A stretch of 64,000 bases of DNA from a virus. The notes under the pieces are model-generated. The model saw only the letters and a program-made list of their open reading frames with translations. It was not told the origin of the DNA and did not search any database. Positions 46,829 to 56,138 of this stretch are shown here, piece after piece. Both the position numbers and the translations under genes were made by a program. The stretch's first letter is position 1, and each line of letters opens with the position of its first letter. The DNA lies in IMG/VR virus record IMGVR_UViG_3300035670_000034, positions 72,199 through 136,198 of that record; one strand, 5' to 3'.

Positions 46829-47290
46829 ATGACAGAAGAAGAAATCGGCAAATTTATTAAAACCTTGTACTACACGTACGACCGGGTACTTGTCCCCAAG
46901 GAAGTCAAAGAGTTCAGCACGGCATGGAAGCCATACGTGGGCGAGTTTGACTATGAACTCGCCCAACAATTATTGCCCAACATTTGTATGGGTAAAGAAT
47001 TTCCCCCACGGCCATGGGAGGTTAGAGTTTTCCTCGTAAATTACACCAAACAAATTACCCCTGCTCCATCACCCCAAGAAGCGTGGGGACAGTACCAAGA
47101 GATAATGGCAGCAGTCACGAACGGGACTTCCGCAAACGTACGGATACATGATGCGTTGGTTGCGACCCTAAAGGCCATGGGGGGTATAGGGCTCAACAAC
47201 CAGTTCGACGCCAAGCGATTTGAAGAACTTTACAAGGATAAGGTTAACCAATGGATGAAGAACACGTACTGGATGGGCGATAAGCAATGA
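46829..47290 (+). CDS. helicase loader/inhibitor-like (G39P-like) protein
   Basis: AW...VGEFDYE......C.GKEFPPRPWEVR...PSPQEAW; adjacent to the initiator-like gene. Confidence 0.45.
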   Translation: MTEEEIGKFIKTLYYTYDRVLVPKEVKEFSTAWKPYVGEFDYELAQQLLPNICMGKEFPPRPWEVRVFLVNYTKQITPAPSPQEAWGQYQEIMAAVTNGTSANVRIHDALVATLKAMGGIGLNNQFDAKRFEELYKDKVNQWMKNTYWMGDKQ

Positions 47291-47408
47291 CAAAACGACA
47301 AAAAAATGAAAAGACTGACACGGGCGCAGCACTTCTCTCACTTTTTGCCCTTTTGGCAATAACCACGGGATTTGCGATTCTGTTCGTATTGACCTTCTAG
47401 TGATGTCC

Positions 47409-47570
47409 ATGAAGCGCAATGTCGGCAGACCCCCAAAGACCCCAACAGGGGAAAAGGTCGCCTTGACCCTCAAACTTCCTTCTGGGGTGAAGGCCAAGTT
47501 GATAGCCGATGCCGATGCGGTTGGTTTAACCTTGACCGACTACCTGATTGCCCTTATCCAGCGAGGCTGA
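47409..47570 (+). CDS. AT-hook-like + RHH small regulator (not in ORF track)
   Basis: MKRNVGRPPKTPTGEKVALTLKLPSGVKAKLIADADAVGLTLTDYLIALIQRG. Confidence 0.65.
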   Translation: MKRNVGRPPKTPTGEKVALTLKLPSGVKAKLIADADAVGLTLTDYLIALIQRG

Positions 47571-47571
47571 C

Positions 47572-47913
47572 ATGGCCGAGCCTCAAAGAGCCAAATACGA
47601 AGACCGCCTATACAACGTCGGCATACGAATATCAGGCAAACAAAAGAACCTCATTATTGACCATGCCAAATCAAAGGGTATTTCTGTATCCCAATTAATT
47701 GAGTACGCCGTTTGGGAGTTCATCAGAAACGACAAGGGAATCCCTTCCCCCGGCCCTTCTCAGTTCGCCAAGATAAACGAAGCCGATGAGATACGTGCCT
47801 ACCTGACGGGTGTGAACCTATTGCAACCCTGCGGACAGTTGACCTGCAAACAAGAAACTGTGATGTTTCAAGGCATGGAGTTCTGCGAAACCTGCAATCT
47901 GAGGATTGGTTAA
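47572..47913 (+). CDS. RHH protein with C-terminal Cys cluster
   Basis: VGIRISGKQKNLIIDHAKSKGISVSQLIEYAV; PCGQLTC...FCETC. Confidence 0.6.
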   Translation: MAEPQRAKYEDRLYNVGIRISGKQKNLIIDHAKSKGISVSQLIEYAVWEFIRNDKGIPSPGPSQFAKINEADEIRAYLTGVNLLQPCGQLTCKQETVMFQGMEFCETCNLRIG

Positions 47914-48227
47914 TCGCCCCACATTTGAGCCAAAGTCGGCCTTGTGGGTCTTAATCCTCTTTTTCTTTGTTCTGCTGCCAGTTGTCTTGAAGTCAGTCCT
48001 GCCCATACCCCATGCATGTCTGCGGGTGGAAATTGCAAGGCATAATCCAAGCAATACCTTTGCACCAAGCAAGCACGGCATATGGCTCTTGCCTGTGCTA
48101 TGTAGGTAATATCCTTATGTTCTTTGGGAAACATTAGTTTGGTCTTTCCCTTACAGTTAGCCATGTCCATCCACTTGTCGCCGTGTATATACGGTGCTGG
48201 AGTTACTTCTACCTTTTTCTTTGCCAT
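47910..48227 (-). CDS. whiB: WhiB-family transcription factor
   Basis: WMDMANCKG...MFP...ARAICRACLVQRYCLDYAL...GVWAGLT. Confidence 0.9.
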   Translation of the reverse strand: MAKKKVEVTPAPYIHGDKWMDMANCKGKTKLMFPKEHKDITYIAQARAICRACLVQRYCLDYALQFPPADMHGVWAGLTSRQLAAEQRKRGLRPTRPTLAQMWGD

Positions 48228-48242
48228 ATAAATTTATCCAAA

Positions 48243-48875
48243 TTAATATTTGGACTTGCTCTCTTTCCTGGTGTCTTGTATGTGCACATGGTACGGGCTC
48301 CCCGTATAAGGGTCAAACCGTGCTGCTGCTGCAAGGGCCTTTAGCGCCTGCTGTCTAGCCTTTTGAATATTCGGGCGCCCGCGAGCCGCCAAAGCATGCA
48401 AAGCCCCCATTGCGTATTGGGCTCCAGTTCCTATCGCATAGGTGCCATTGACATCCGAATACCACGAGTAATCCCCATCCACTGTGTACAGGGTTCCGTT
48501 TACTGCCACTATTACAGAACTGCCCATTTCAGCCATATGGGTCTTTAAGTCATTATCGGGCATTGCGTACCCCTGCTGTTCAAAGCACTCTCGTAGTGCA
48601 GGGATAAATTTGACCGTAAAGAAGTGGTCGAGTTTCTTCCCTTTTAAATTAGGCGGCGCTGTTGGTGGCTGGAATGCATGATGCAGGATGTTGATGGCCC
48701 GCACGTCCCCAGCCGCCCCTATCAAGTACCTGCCATTTGACTGGACCTTCCCAGTGCCCTCACGCATGGTAACCACCTGCGTCACGTAGCCGTGTTCGTC
48801 TACATCTGAAACCTGGGAGTCAGTGCAAATGAGAGCAAAGGTATCTCCCTGTATCCCAACAATTGTTGTCATCAC
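48243..48875 (-). CDS. Ntn-hydrolase / HslV-proteasome-beta-like peptidase
   Basis: (M)TTIVG N-terminal Thr, TDSQ, KV, GAAGD, AIGTGAQYAMGAL. Confidence 0.75.
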   Translation of the reverse strand: MMTTIVGIQGDTFALICTDSQVSDVDEHGYVTQVVTMREGTGKVQSNGRYLIGAAGDVRAINILHHAFQPPTAPPNLKGKKLDHFFTVKFIPALRECFEQQGYAMPDNDLKTHMAEMGSSVIVAVNGTLYTVDGDYSWYSDVNGTYAIGTGAQYAMGALHALAARGRPNIQKARQQALKALAAAARFDPYTGSPYHVHIQDTRKESKSKY

Positions 48876-49063
48876 TCCTGCCCGTTCAGTCTTTTTTCGT
48901 AAAACTCAATACCGGCAGGGGTCGCCTTGTATAACCACTCGCCGTTTTCATCTATGCCAACTATTTCTATGTATTTCTTGTCAACAAGTTCTTCCAAGGC
49001 TTCCTTGATGTGCTCCATGATTTGCTCATCATCCCCCCAGAACTCATCCCCAAGGGTGGACAT
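48872..49063 (-). CDS. small winged-helix-like protein
   Basis: EALEELVDKKYIEIVGIDENGEWLYKATPAG. Confidence 0.55.
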   Translation of the reverse strand: MSTLGDEFWGDDEQIMEHIKEALEELVDKKYIEIVGIDENGEWLYKATPAGIEFYEKRLNGQE

Positions 49064-50262
49064 CAGTCTTTATCTGCGGCGTACTCTTTGCCGCGCAGAA
49101 TTCCCCTACCCTCAAATATCCACATTGGTTCATAGTTGAACCATTCCCTACCAACACCAAATGGTTGATACTGAACGATTGCCAAACCCTGTTGCCAGTT
49201 TTCGCTTCCCTTGACAATGGGTCTACCAAAGTGGTCGCTACCAGAGTTCGTAGAGGGAACCACTCCATCAGTGCGGCACAAACAGCCAGGACTAGATGCC
49301 ATAACAGTACGCGGCCCGTTCGGGCTACGCCGTGTTCTATACAGGGTTTCAATTCTGTGTATGTGACCGTATATCAGAGACTGATGAGCATCGTTAAGGT
49401 ACTTTGCTGCAGTTGAGCCGTTGGAGTTAACTTTGTGGCCGTGAACGACCATCAAATTGCTATTGATGAAATAAGCATTTTCTGGATATCCAACCAGATA
49501 CTGAACGTCAAAGTCTTCCATTCGACAAAGGAATGGAACAGAGTTAACGGGGAACTTGTCCCTATCGGAGTACTTGTCCTTGCCCCTGGTGACTCCTGAG
49601 GTTGGAGATGCGAAGTTATCAAGATACTTATGAAGGCGGGCTTCATGGTTACCCTCAAGCCACACAATTTCGGCAAATGGGGCGGCGCGGCGCAATTCCC
49701 GGCACAATTCAGCAGCCCTATCAATGGCTGGCTGAACCATGTTCCTGAATGGCATACGGTTCAGATACTTGCCAAAGTCGGCAAAATCAAGATTGTCGCC
49801 GTTCATGATTATCTTTGAGGGCTTGATATCACGAATAACGGCCACGGCAACGGCCAAAGCCTTTTCGTCGTGAATTGGCTCTAGTTCTACCTTGTTGGGG
49901 TCAACTGATTTGTCGTAGTAACCGATTTGTATATCAGGCAGTATTACTGCCGTTTCCCACCCACCGGGGTCGACCTTTTTTGCCTTTGACTTTTGTCGTT
50001 TAATTTGTTCTTGTATCTGGGCTCGTTCCAGCAAGGAACCAGGGCCACCCTCAAACGTTGGGCTCAAGACGACCTGGTATGTCGTGGTCTGTTTCTCCGT
50101 CCCCTTTTCCTCATCATGCACCGACCTACCGGTAACGGCAACCTTTTTGATTGAGCCGATATCGTTTAGATTGAGTCCACTGGTATCCAGCATCTCCTTG
50201 ATTGCTTTCACAGTATTTTCTTTATGACTCTCTTTAACGAGGTCTTTTAGTTTTTTGTTCAT
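49063..50262 (-). CDS. calcineurin-like metallophosphoesterase
   Basis: LPDIQ, NGDNLD, EGNHE, VHGH, YGHIHR. Confidence 0.85.
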   Translation of the reverse strand: MNKKLKDLVKESHKENTVKAIKEMLDTSGLNLNDIGSIKKVAVTGRSVHDEEKGTEKQTTTYQVVLSPTFEGGPGSLLERAQIQEQIKRQKSKAKKVDPGGWETAVILPDIQIGYYDKSVDPNKVELEPIHDEKALAVAVAVIRDIKPSKIIMNGDNLDFADFGKYLNRMPFRNMVQPAIDRAAELCRELRRAAPFAEIVWLEGNHEARLHKYLDNFASPTSGVTRGKDKYSDRDKFPVNSVPFLCRMEDFDVQYLVGYPENAYFINSNLMVVHGHKVNSNGSTAAKYLNDAHQSLIYGHIHRIETLYRTRRSPNGPRTVMASSPGCLCRTDGVVPSTNSGSDHFGRPIVKGSENWQQGLAIVQYQPFGVGREWFNYEPMWIFEGRGILRGKEYAADKD

Positions 50263-50534
50263 TTATTGCCAGCCTTAAAAGAAGGGCAGGCTCTGCTGCC
50301 GTTAATGCACTCCCTACGAGCCTCGCCTAATTGAAACCGTGAAAGTTTCAACCCCTCCGAGGTAATGGCGTCGGTTATTGCTTTTATTGAAACTGAAGAA
50401 TGCATTACATCCGTAAATGCCTGCTTTGTTTCATCGTCCATATCTTGGTAGGCATTACAAACAGCACATCTATTGCGCAATTCGTTCTCTTTGAGACGTT
50501 TGAAAATTTCGCTGAGTTTGTCGTTGTTGTTCAT
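50259..50534 (-). CDS. hypothetical protein
   Basis: CAVC...ARRECING; ATGA-coupled. Confidence 0.6.
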   Translation of the reverse strand: MNNNDKLSEIFKRLKENELRNRCAVCNAYQDMDDETKQAFTDVMHSSVSIKAITDAITSEGLKLSRFQLGEARRECINGSRACPSFKAGNK

Positions 50535-50545
50535 GTGGCCCCCAT

Positions 50546-51034
50546 GTGATTGATGGTGCACACATAATAGACCATCTGTGCTACGCTGTGCTGCAATTCT
50601 CTATGCCAGACGAAAAAACAGAGAAACTAAAATTGGCCCTTCGTGACTCGCTTGGCAGCGCCGCGAGCGAGGAAGTTATACAAGGAATTCTTCAAACACT
50701 TGACAAACAGAAGGTGTTTCGTTACCACAACGAGAACGTGGTTAATTTGTTGTCCACCCCAGGAAGAGTTCTTTGCGCAATCATGGAGGACAATAGCATG
50801 ACCCTTCGGGCGCTTGCCGTTTACCTCGACATGAGCGAAACGATGATTGACAAGACGGTAAAACTGCTTGTTGAATCAGGGCTTATTACAAAGACAAAAG
50901 TGAATCGACAAAATTTTTACAAAGTCCACACTGAGGCGGTCATAAAACACCCTGATATACAGCACATACTTGGGGCCACGAGCATCAATAAAGAATTGCC
51001 AAAACGGCAGGTTGTTGATAACGACCTGTTTTGA
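50546..51034 (+). CDS. MarR/ArsR-like winged-HTH protein
   Basis: MTLRALAVYLDMSETMIDKTVKLLVESGLITKTKVNRQNFY. Confidence 0.7.
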   Translation: MIDGAHIIDHLCYAVLQFSMPDEKTEKLKLALRDSLGSAASEEVIQGILQTLDKQKVFRYHNENVVNLLSTPGRVLCAIMEDNSMTLRALAVYLDMSETMIDKTVKLLVESGLITKTKVNRQNFYKVHTEAVIKHPDIQHILGATSINKELPKRQVVDNDLF

Positions 51035-51404
51035 TAGGATGTTACCGATGGGTAATCAAATAATTAGACAGAGAGTTCAGCATGGTTCGCTGGGTTACCA
51101 GATTTTGAACTATGCCAGATTTAGGTCCAGACAAATGGATGGGACTTTTTCAATTCAGGAGTACCAAGAATTTAGGTACAACAGAGTAAAACCGTCCTAC
51201 GTGAGCAGGGCCATTAACAGCCTTGTGAAGAATAAGCATTTACAGAAATTGCCAAACAACAGGTACAAATTTACAGATACCGGAGTCTTGGACGAATTGG
51301 GTATTTTGTACAAAGACACACTATGGGTGAAGGTAAAAAGCAGCAAAAAGCGCTACAGCAAAGAGCGACAGGAAATAGAAGACATTCAGTCAGATGATTT
51401 CTGA
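50970..51404 (+). CDS. winged-HTH-like hypothetical protein
   Basis: PSYVSRAINSLVKNKHLQK. Confidence 0.5.
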   Translation: MGPRASIKNCQNGRLLITTCFDRMLPMGNQIIRQRVQHGSLGYQILNYARFRSRQMDGTFSIQEYQEFRYNRVKPSYVSRAINSLVKNKHLQKLPNNRYKFTDTGVLDELGILYKDTLWVKVKSSKKRYSKERQEIEDIQSDDF

Positions 51405-51724
51405 TTTAATTTGGACTCAAGCCAAGCGGCAAATACTTCGTCTGTTTTTGGCATGAACCACAACTGACATTCCTCAACTATTCTCGTATCGCCTATTACG
51501 GTCCAGCAGAGGTCTATCTGCTCTGATGCCGGACACGTGCCAGCATTGCAATCAAGGCCATACCTGCCAACAAAATGTTTAACCAAACACCCATACACAG
51601 GGTCTTTGCATTCGTCATCCCCCTTGTCAGGACAATGTATTTCCATTATCTCAAGTTCAGATTTCCAAATACGTAACCTAATAAAATGGCCATCATCATG
51701 CCACGTCATCGTTTGGTCAATCAT
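51386..51724 (-). CDS. Cys-rich hypothetical protein
   Basis: six Cys; ORF on the late-gene strand. Confidence 0.6.
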   Translation of the reverse strand: MIDQTMTWHDDGHFIRLRIWKSELEIMEIHCPDKGDDECKDPVYGCLVKHFVGRYGLDCNAGTCPASEQIDLCWTVIGDTRIVEECQLWFMPKTDEVFAAWLESKLNQKSSD

Positions 51725-51733
51725 GTGACCAGA

Positions 51734-51919
51734 CTAGTCCTTTTGGGTTTTACCTACAGGACCGTGTAAATCGTGGGTTCTCAATGGGTGCCCAATTGGC
51801 AAACGAGTTCTTTTCTTGCCAGCCTTTGTTCCAGAAACTGTTTCCATCTGTTTTGTCAGATAGTTAAACCTTGTTCTTTGCTGAGCGCCGCGACTTACTC
51901 TTTTATTCTTTTTACCCAT
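51734..51919 (-). CDS. small basic protein
   Basis: K/R-rich 61-aa ORF. Confidence 0.55.
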   Translation of the reverse strand: MGKKNKRVSRGAQQRTRFNYLTKQMETVSGTKAGKKRTRLPIGHPLRTHDLHGPVGKTQKD

Positions 51920-51936
51920 AGACAGACCTTATAAAT

Positions 51937-52197
51937 TTATTTCTTTTTGGCCGTCTTCTTTTTGCGATGGGCATCAGCATCGCCCATGTGTGCATCAAGT
52001 TTAGCATCAATAACAGCAAGGTCTTCGTCAAGGTATTCAATTTCCAAAGCAACTTCCTCGAGTTTTTCCATCACCATTCCATGGTCTCGGACGTTCTCTT
52101 CGCGGCTCTTTTTGACTTGATACACAACAGTCACAAAGCCAATCAATGCAACGACAATGATGCCGAATGTCTCGATGAGTGAGTTGGCAATATCCAT
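51937..52197 (-). CDS. single-TM coiled-coil membrane protein (lysis-cassette associated)
   Basis: FGIIVVALIGFVTVVY then a coiled coil; directly after the endolysin. Confidence 0.65.
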   Translation of the reverse strand: MDIANSLIETFGIIVVALIGFVTVVYQVKKSREENVRDHGMVMEKLEEVALEIEYLDEDLAVIDAKLDAHMGDADAHRKKKTAKKK

Positions 52198-53073
52198 TTA
52201 CATCCCCAAAAGTTCTTGTGCCTTCTTGCCGACTCTAGGGCCAGCAGGAAGTTTGTTGGCTGCCTTGAACTTCTTGACCGCTTCAGATGTCTTTGGGCCG
52301 AAGTCTCCGTCGCAATTTGCCTGGTAAAACCCCTTTTCCTTTAGTTTTTCTTGCAGGAGTCTTACTCTTTCTCCTTTTGCGCCTGGGGCTAGTTCCTCGT
52401 CCGCTTTTTCTGTTGCTGGTGCCGCTGGCTTTGGGGCTTGCGCCTTTGGCGCTTCGGCTTTTGGGGCTTCTGCTTTTGGCGTTTCTTTTCCAGGGACTGG
52501 TGGAGTAATTCCATTCTTTGCCATGTACTCAACTACCGCTGCTGGCGGATTGTCGCCTTCCGTGTAGCGCAGGTGCCATGGCTCCTCAGGGACAACTTCC
52601 CAACTGAATCCAAACTTGCGAACGTTGTTGACAAGCCATTGAAGTCTCTTTGGCTCTGCTGCAGTGTGCACGTCAACAGCCAAACCGCTGTTGTGCTGAG
52701 AGGTGCCAGGTGCAGCAAGGCTCGCCAACTTCGGCGACTTCTTGTACCACTTCACGCCTTGAAACGTTCTCGTTGAAGCGCCAGGAATTGGTTCCTTCTG
52801 ATAGCGCGTAAGAAACGCACTCAACTGGCTTGCAAACGTTCTGTAGGTATCACCAGCAGAAACTGGCTTAAGAAGGATTCCGTCTTTTTCCGCGGCTTCA
52901 CACATTGCTGCCCACGCTGCTGCTGCCAACCAGTGCAACTGTCCACAGGGCTTGCCGCCCTCGCCGCGCGCTGGCCTTAGAAGATGACCAGGAAGTTTTC
53001 CTGGCTCAGTACCCTTGAGGTCTGCTGGCTGCTTTACTGGAACAACAATATCCCAAATAACTTTACTCGGCAT
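52198..53073 (-). CDS. endolysin: M15/VanY-like D,D-peptidase + peptidoglycan-binding domain
   Basis: YRT...AAPGTSQHNSGLAVD...EPWHLRY; EAPK linker; VRLLQEKL...DGDFGPKT. Confidence 0.88.
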   Translation of the reverse strand: MPSKVIWDIVVPVKQPADLKGTEPGKLPGHLLRPARGEGGKPCGQLHWLAAAAWAAMCEAAEKDGILLKPVSAGDTYRTFASQLSAFLTRYQKEPIPGASTRTFQGVKWYKKSPKLASLAAPGTSQHNSGLAVDVHTAAEPKRLQWLVNNVRKFGFSWEVVPEEPWHLRYTEGDNPPAAVVEYMAKNGITPPVPGKETPKAEAPKAEAPKAQAPKPAAPATEKADEELAPGAKGERVRLLQEKLKEKGFYQANCDGDFGPKTSEAVKKFKAANKLPAGPRVGKKAQELLGM

Positions 53074-53075
53074 GG

Positions 53076-53336
53076 CTAAACTTCCTCTTTGGCTACTTTC
53101 TTTACTGATTTGTCTACTTGATTAAAAACTTGATTAATTTCTTCAACGCTGAGTTTGCCATCGTCGAGGAACGCTCTTGAGAGTCCTTCGATTACTGTGG
53201 CTACGCCAGCAATTCCAGCCATGAAAACGGCTTTCCAAAGCGGAACTCCAGCAATTGTTCCAGCGCCAATGACACCAAGACCACTTGCAGCAAACGTTGC
53301 GAGAATTCTTAAAAGGATGTTCTTAAGTTGTTCCAT
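53076..53336 (-). CDS. holin-like membrane protein
   Basis: two TMs and a charged C-tail, immediately upstream of the endolysin; TAATG-coupled to the preceding gene. Confidence 0.65.
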   Translation of the reverse strand: MEQLKNILLRILATFAASGLGVIGAGTIAGVPLWKAVFMAGIAGVATVIEGLSRAFLDDGKLSVEEINQVFNQVDKSVKKVAKEEV

Positions 53337-56032
53337 TAATCTTCCTTCTTCCACATCACCAAGTAGTAGTGGGCCGCAAAAGCAAGCAATGAAGCAATGA
53401 TTGCCACACTTCTTGTAAAGCCAGACAAGGTCACCCAGAGGATGATTGACGACGAGATGGTAAACCCAATCCCGGCCGTTTCGTAGCCAAACTTTTTGAG
53501 AAACTGTTTCATGCTGAACTTTCTTATTCCATTTACATATATCCACATGGAAATGGTGTCTAGCCATTCCCTGAGGTCGGTGGCTTCTATTTCACCAGCC
53601 TCTTCTTCTTCCTCTTCTTCCCGTCTAGCAGCATCATTGGGGTTTGAATTGGTAGAAGAACTGCCACCAATATTACCACTAGATGAAGCCATCATGGCTG
53701 TGGCAGCGGTTGCCTGAAGGGCAGCAACGGCTATTACTGACCTTCTGGTACCGACATCAATGGTAGAACCCAAAGCGACGTAGGTATCAAAGGCCCCAGC
53801 AAACACGTTGATTGCTTCTTCAAATGCACCCCTAATCTCCTGTGATGCTTCTTGAACTGCGGCAACAATTGCCAATCCTTCTTCTGTGCTCAATTCACCT
53901 TCATCAACAGCCGAAAAAATTTCCTCGGCCTGAGAAACGTCAATAGATGCAAGAACTGCTGGCTCTGACGCCAGCGACACGGCAACCGTCTCACTAACGC
54001 CAGACTCGATTACTAAAGCAACAACAGCAGCAATTTCCTCCTTGTCTTCTTCGGTTAATTCCTCAACGGATTTGTTTTCAACAATGTCATCAATTACAGA
54101 CTCAACTATTTCGGCTGCTTCTTCTTCCGATGCCTCGGCAATTGCGTCTGCAAGTTCTTCTGTCTCAATGGGCTCTTCTTGCGTTGTTTCATCTGATGGT
54201 TCTTGTATTTCGTCTTCGCTCTCTTGTGAAATTTCACCATTGTCTTGCTCAGTTTCTCCGCTTCCCTGCGGTTCGGTTGGTTCATCTGAATCTGGTGTAT
54301 CAGGCGTTGTAGTTTCAGTATCCTCCTTCGGGCTTGGAATACTTGTATTTGTAGTTTCTGTATCTGGTTCATCTTCCTCTATCTCTTCTGGTTCGGTGGT
54401 TGGGGTTGTTTCTTCTGGTGTTTCTTCTTCTGGTTCTGTTTCTTCTGGGATGGTGGTCTCAGGAACTATTGTGCCGATGGTCGTCGTCGTTGCATACACG
54501 GTCGTGGTGGTGGGCGCTACATACTCAGTGGTGGTTGTCGTCTGGGGCGGGGTGGCAATAGTCGTAGTTGTGGTAGTGGTCGTGGTAGTGGTCGTAGTGG
54601 TAGTTGTTGGCGCAACAGTCGTAGTGGTCGTTGTTGGCGCAACAGTCGTTGTTGGGGCCGCAGTAGTTGTAGGAGTTGGGTCAATTACCGTTACATCAAC
54701 AGTTGCGTATGGGCCATACACACAAGAACCCTGCCCTTCTCCAACACAGGCCGCACTTCCAGCACGGATTTTGAAACGCACCAGACCGTATCCGGTGGTT
54801 CCTGGAAATTGGAATGAACCGACTGTGTACGAAGTGTTTGTGGCATACGTCCAAACTCCCCAACCACCAGATTCAACGCCCTCATTTAAGTCAAACCACG
54901 TAATCGTGTATATGTGCGGTTCTAGATTGCTGGATGTTGGGGCATCCCAATCCAGAAATACGTTTCCATTTTCATTGGCAGTTCCAATCAAATTTTGAAC
55001 TTCATTATAAAAAGGCTGAATTGTTGTCGTGGTTGGCGGAACCGTGGTTGTAGTTGGTGGAACCGTAGTTGTCGGAACAGTCGTTGGAGGGGGGGCAGAA
55101 ATGGAAATTTCCATTGAGTCGCTATAAATTGGATTTGCATTTTGGGTCGGTTCATACTCGACTACATATCCACCAATTCCACCAGCCCAACCCTCTGCTG
55201 GAAGGTCATTCCAACAATTCCCGCCATTCCATTTTGTTACTGCGGCATCTTCATTTCCAGAGTTATTTGGTTCTCCGCCACACCATTTGGTATATTTCCC
55301 TTCAGCGGCAACCCCATTTGATAAGCCATTCCAAATCACCGTCCCCTGTTCTGGGTGCCCATCCTTGGGGTCCAAAACCCACACCCCCTCTGTTTCCCTG
55401 TCTGACAGGGCTATCCAAATGTTGTATGCATTTTGAATTTTAGTTAGTACAAAATTGTGTTCTTCATCAGACGTTATTGTTGCCAAGTAACCCGTAAGGC
55501 CATTTAATGTTCTGGTTCCAGCATTTGTTCGTGCTTGGATGTATGAAACAGAAGAGGGTACGTATTCATATAAGTGTCCAGTTCCCTCAAAATAAAAAGA
55601 ACCAGATATTTTTTCTTGAACAGAAACTGTCAGAGTAGTTGTTCCAGCAGTGTTGCCAGAATCAAAAGTCAAAGAATCAAGTGCCGCATTTACATTTGCC
55701 TGCGTTCCAGTAAATGACAGCGATGAAACACCAAGCCACGAGTTGTATCCAAACTCTCTTGTTAATCCATTTGTTGTGATTACCGAAAACTTTGCTGCAG
55801 TCCCACTAGACAGTGAAATGGAAACAAGAAGGTTTGCATTTTCCTCATAACCAGAGACATCAAAGTCATCGCTTAATTCAATGTTTGTTTGATTAATTTG
55901 AAGGCTCAGGCTCGAGGGAGCCGTTACATAATCCGCCTTTGCCATGCCTATTCCAATAAAAGTTGACAACGTCATTAGCGAGAATGAACTCACTACGGCA
56001 GCAACAATTTTGCCACGCTTCGCAATTTTCAA
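53336..56032 (-). CDS. secreted/membrane-anchored protein: C-type lectin + FN3-like + Thr-rich and acidic stalk + C-terminal TMs
   Basis: signal peptide ending AKA; YLATITSDEE..WIALSD..EG.W...EPNN..ED....WND; T-rich linkers; C-terminal hydrophobic helices. Confidence 0.75.
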   Translation of the reverse strand: MKIAKRGKIVAAVVSSFSLMTLSTFIGIGMAKADYVTAPSSLSLQINQTNIELSDDFDVSGYEENANLLVSISLSSGTAAKFSVITTNGLTREFGYNSWLGVSSLSFTGTQANVNAALDSLTFDSGNTAGTTTLTVSVQEKISGSFYFEGTGHLYEYVPSSVSYIQARTNAGTRTLNGLTGYLATITSDEEHNFVLTKIQNAYNIWIALSDRETEGVWVLDPKDGHPEQGTVIWNGLSNGVAAEGKYTKWCGGEPNNSGNEDAAVTKWNGGNCWNDLPAEGWAGGIGGYVVEYEPTQNANPIYSDSMEISISAPPPTTVPTTTVPPTTTTVPPTTTTIQPFYNEVQNLIGTANENGNVFLDWDAPTSSNLEPHIYTITWFDLNEGVESGGWGVWTYATNTSYTVGSFQFPGTTGYGLVRFKIRAGSAACVGEGQGSCVYGPYATVDVTVIDPTPTTTAAPTTTVAPTTTTTTVAPTTTTTTTTTTTTTTTTIATPPQTTTTTEYVAPTTTTVYATTTTIGTIVPETTIPEETEPEEETPEETTPTTEPEEIEEDEPDTETTNTSIPSPKEDTETTTPDTPDSDEPTEPQGSGETEQDNGEISQESEDEIQEPSDETTQEEPIETEELADAIAEASEEEAAEIVESVIDDIVENKSVEELTEEDKEEIAAVVALVIESGVSETVAVSLASEPAVLASIDVSQAEEIFSAVDEGELSTEEGLAIVAAVQEASQEIRGAFEEAINVFAGAFDTYVALGSTIDVGTRRSVIAVAALQATAATAMMASSSGNIGGSSSTNSNPNDAARREEEEEEEAGEIEATDLREWLDTISMWIYVNGIRKFSMKQFLKKFGYETAGIGFTISSSIILWVTLSGFTRSVAIIASLLAFAAHYYLVMWKKED

Positions 56033-56138
56033 TTTTTGCCTCCCTGGGGCAAAACAATTTTACAACATGCCTATTTCCACGAGGTCCACTACTGAGGTAT
56101 TATTGTTGTAACCACGCGCGTCTTTTTAGGAGTAATTC

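Noticed and set aside
54042-54998. 318-aa Val/Ser-rich + strand ORF (and similar ones at 57288 and 62695-63229)
   Set aside because: Antisense shadows of Thr/Glu-, Pro- or Gly-rich coding repeats.
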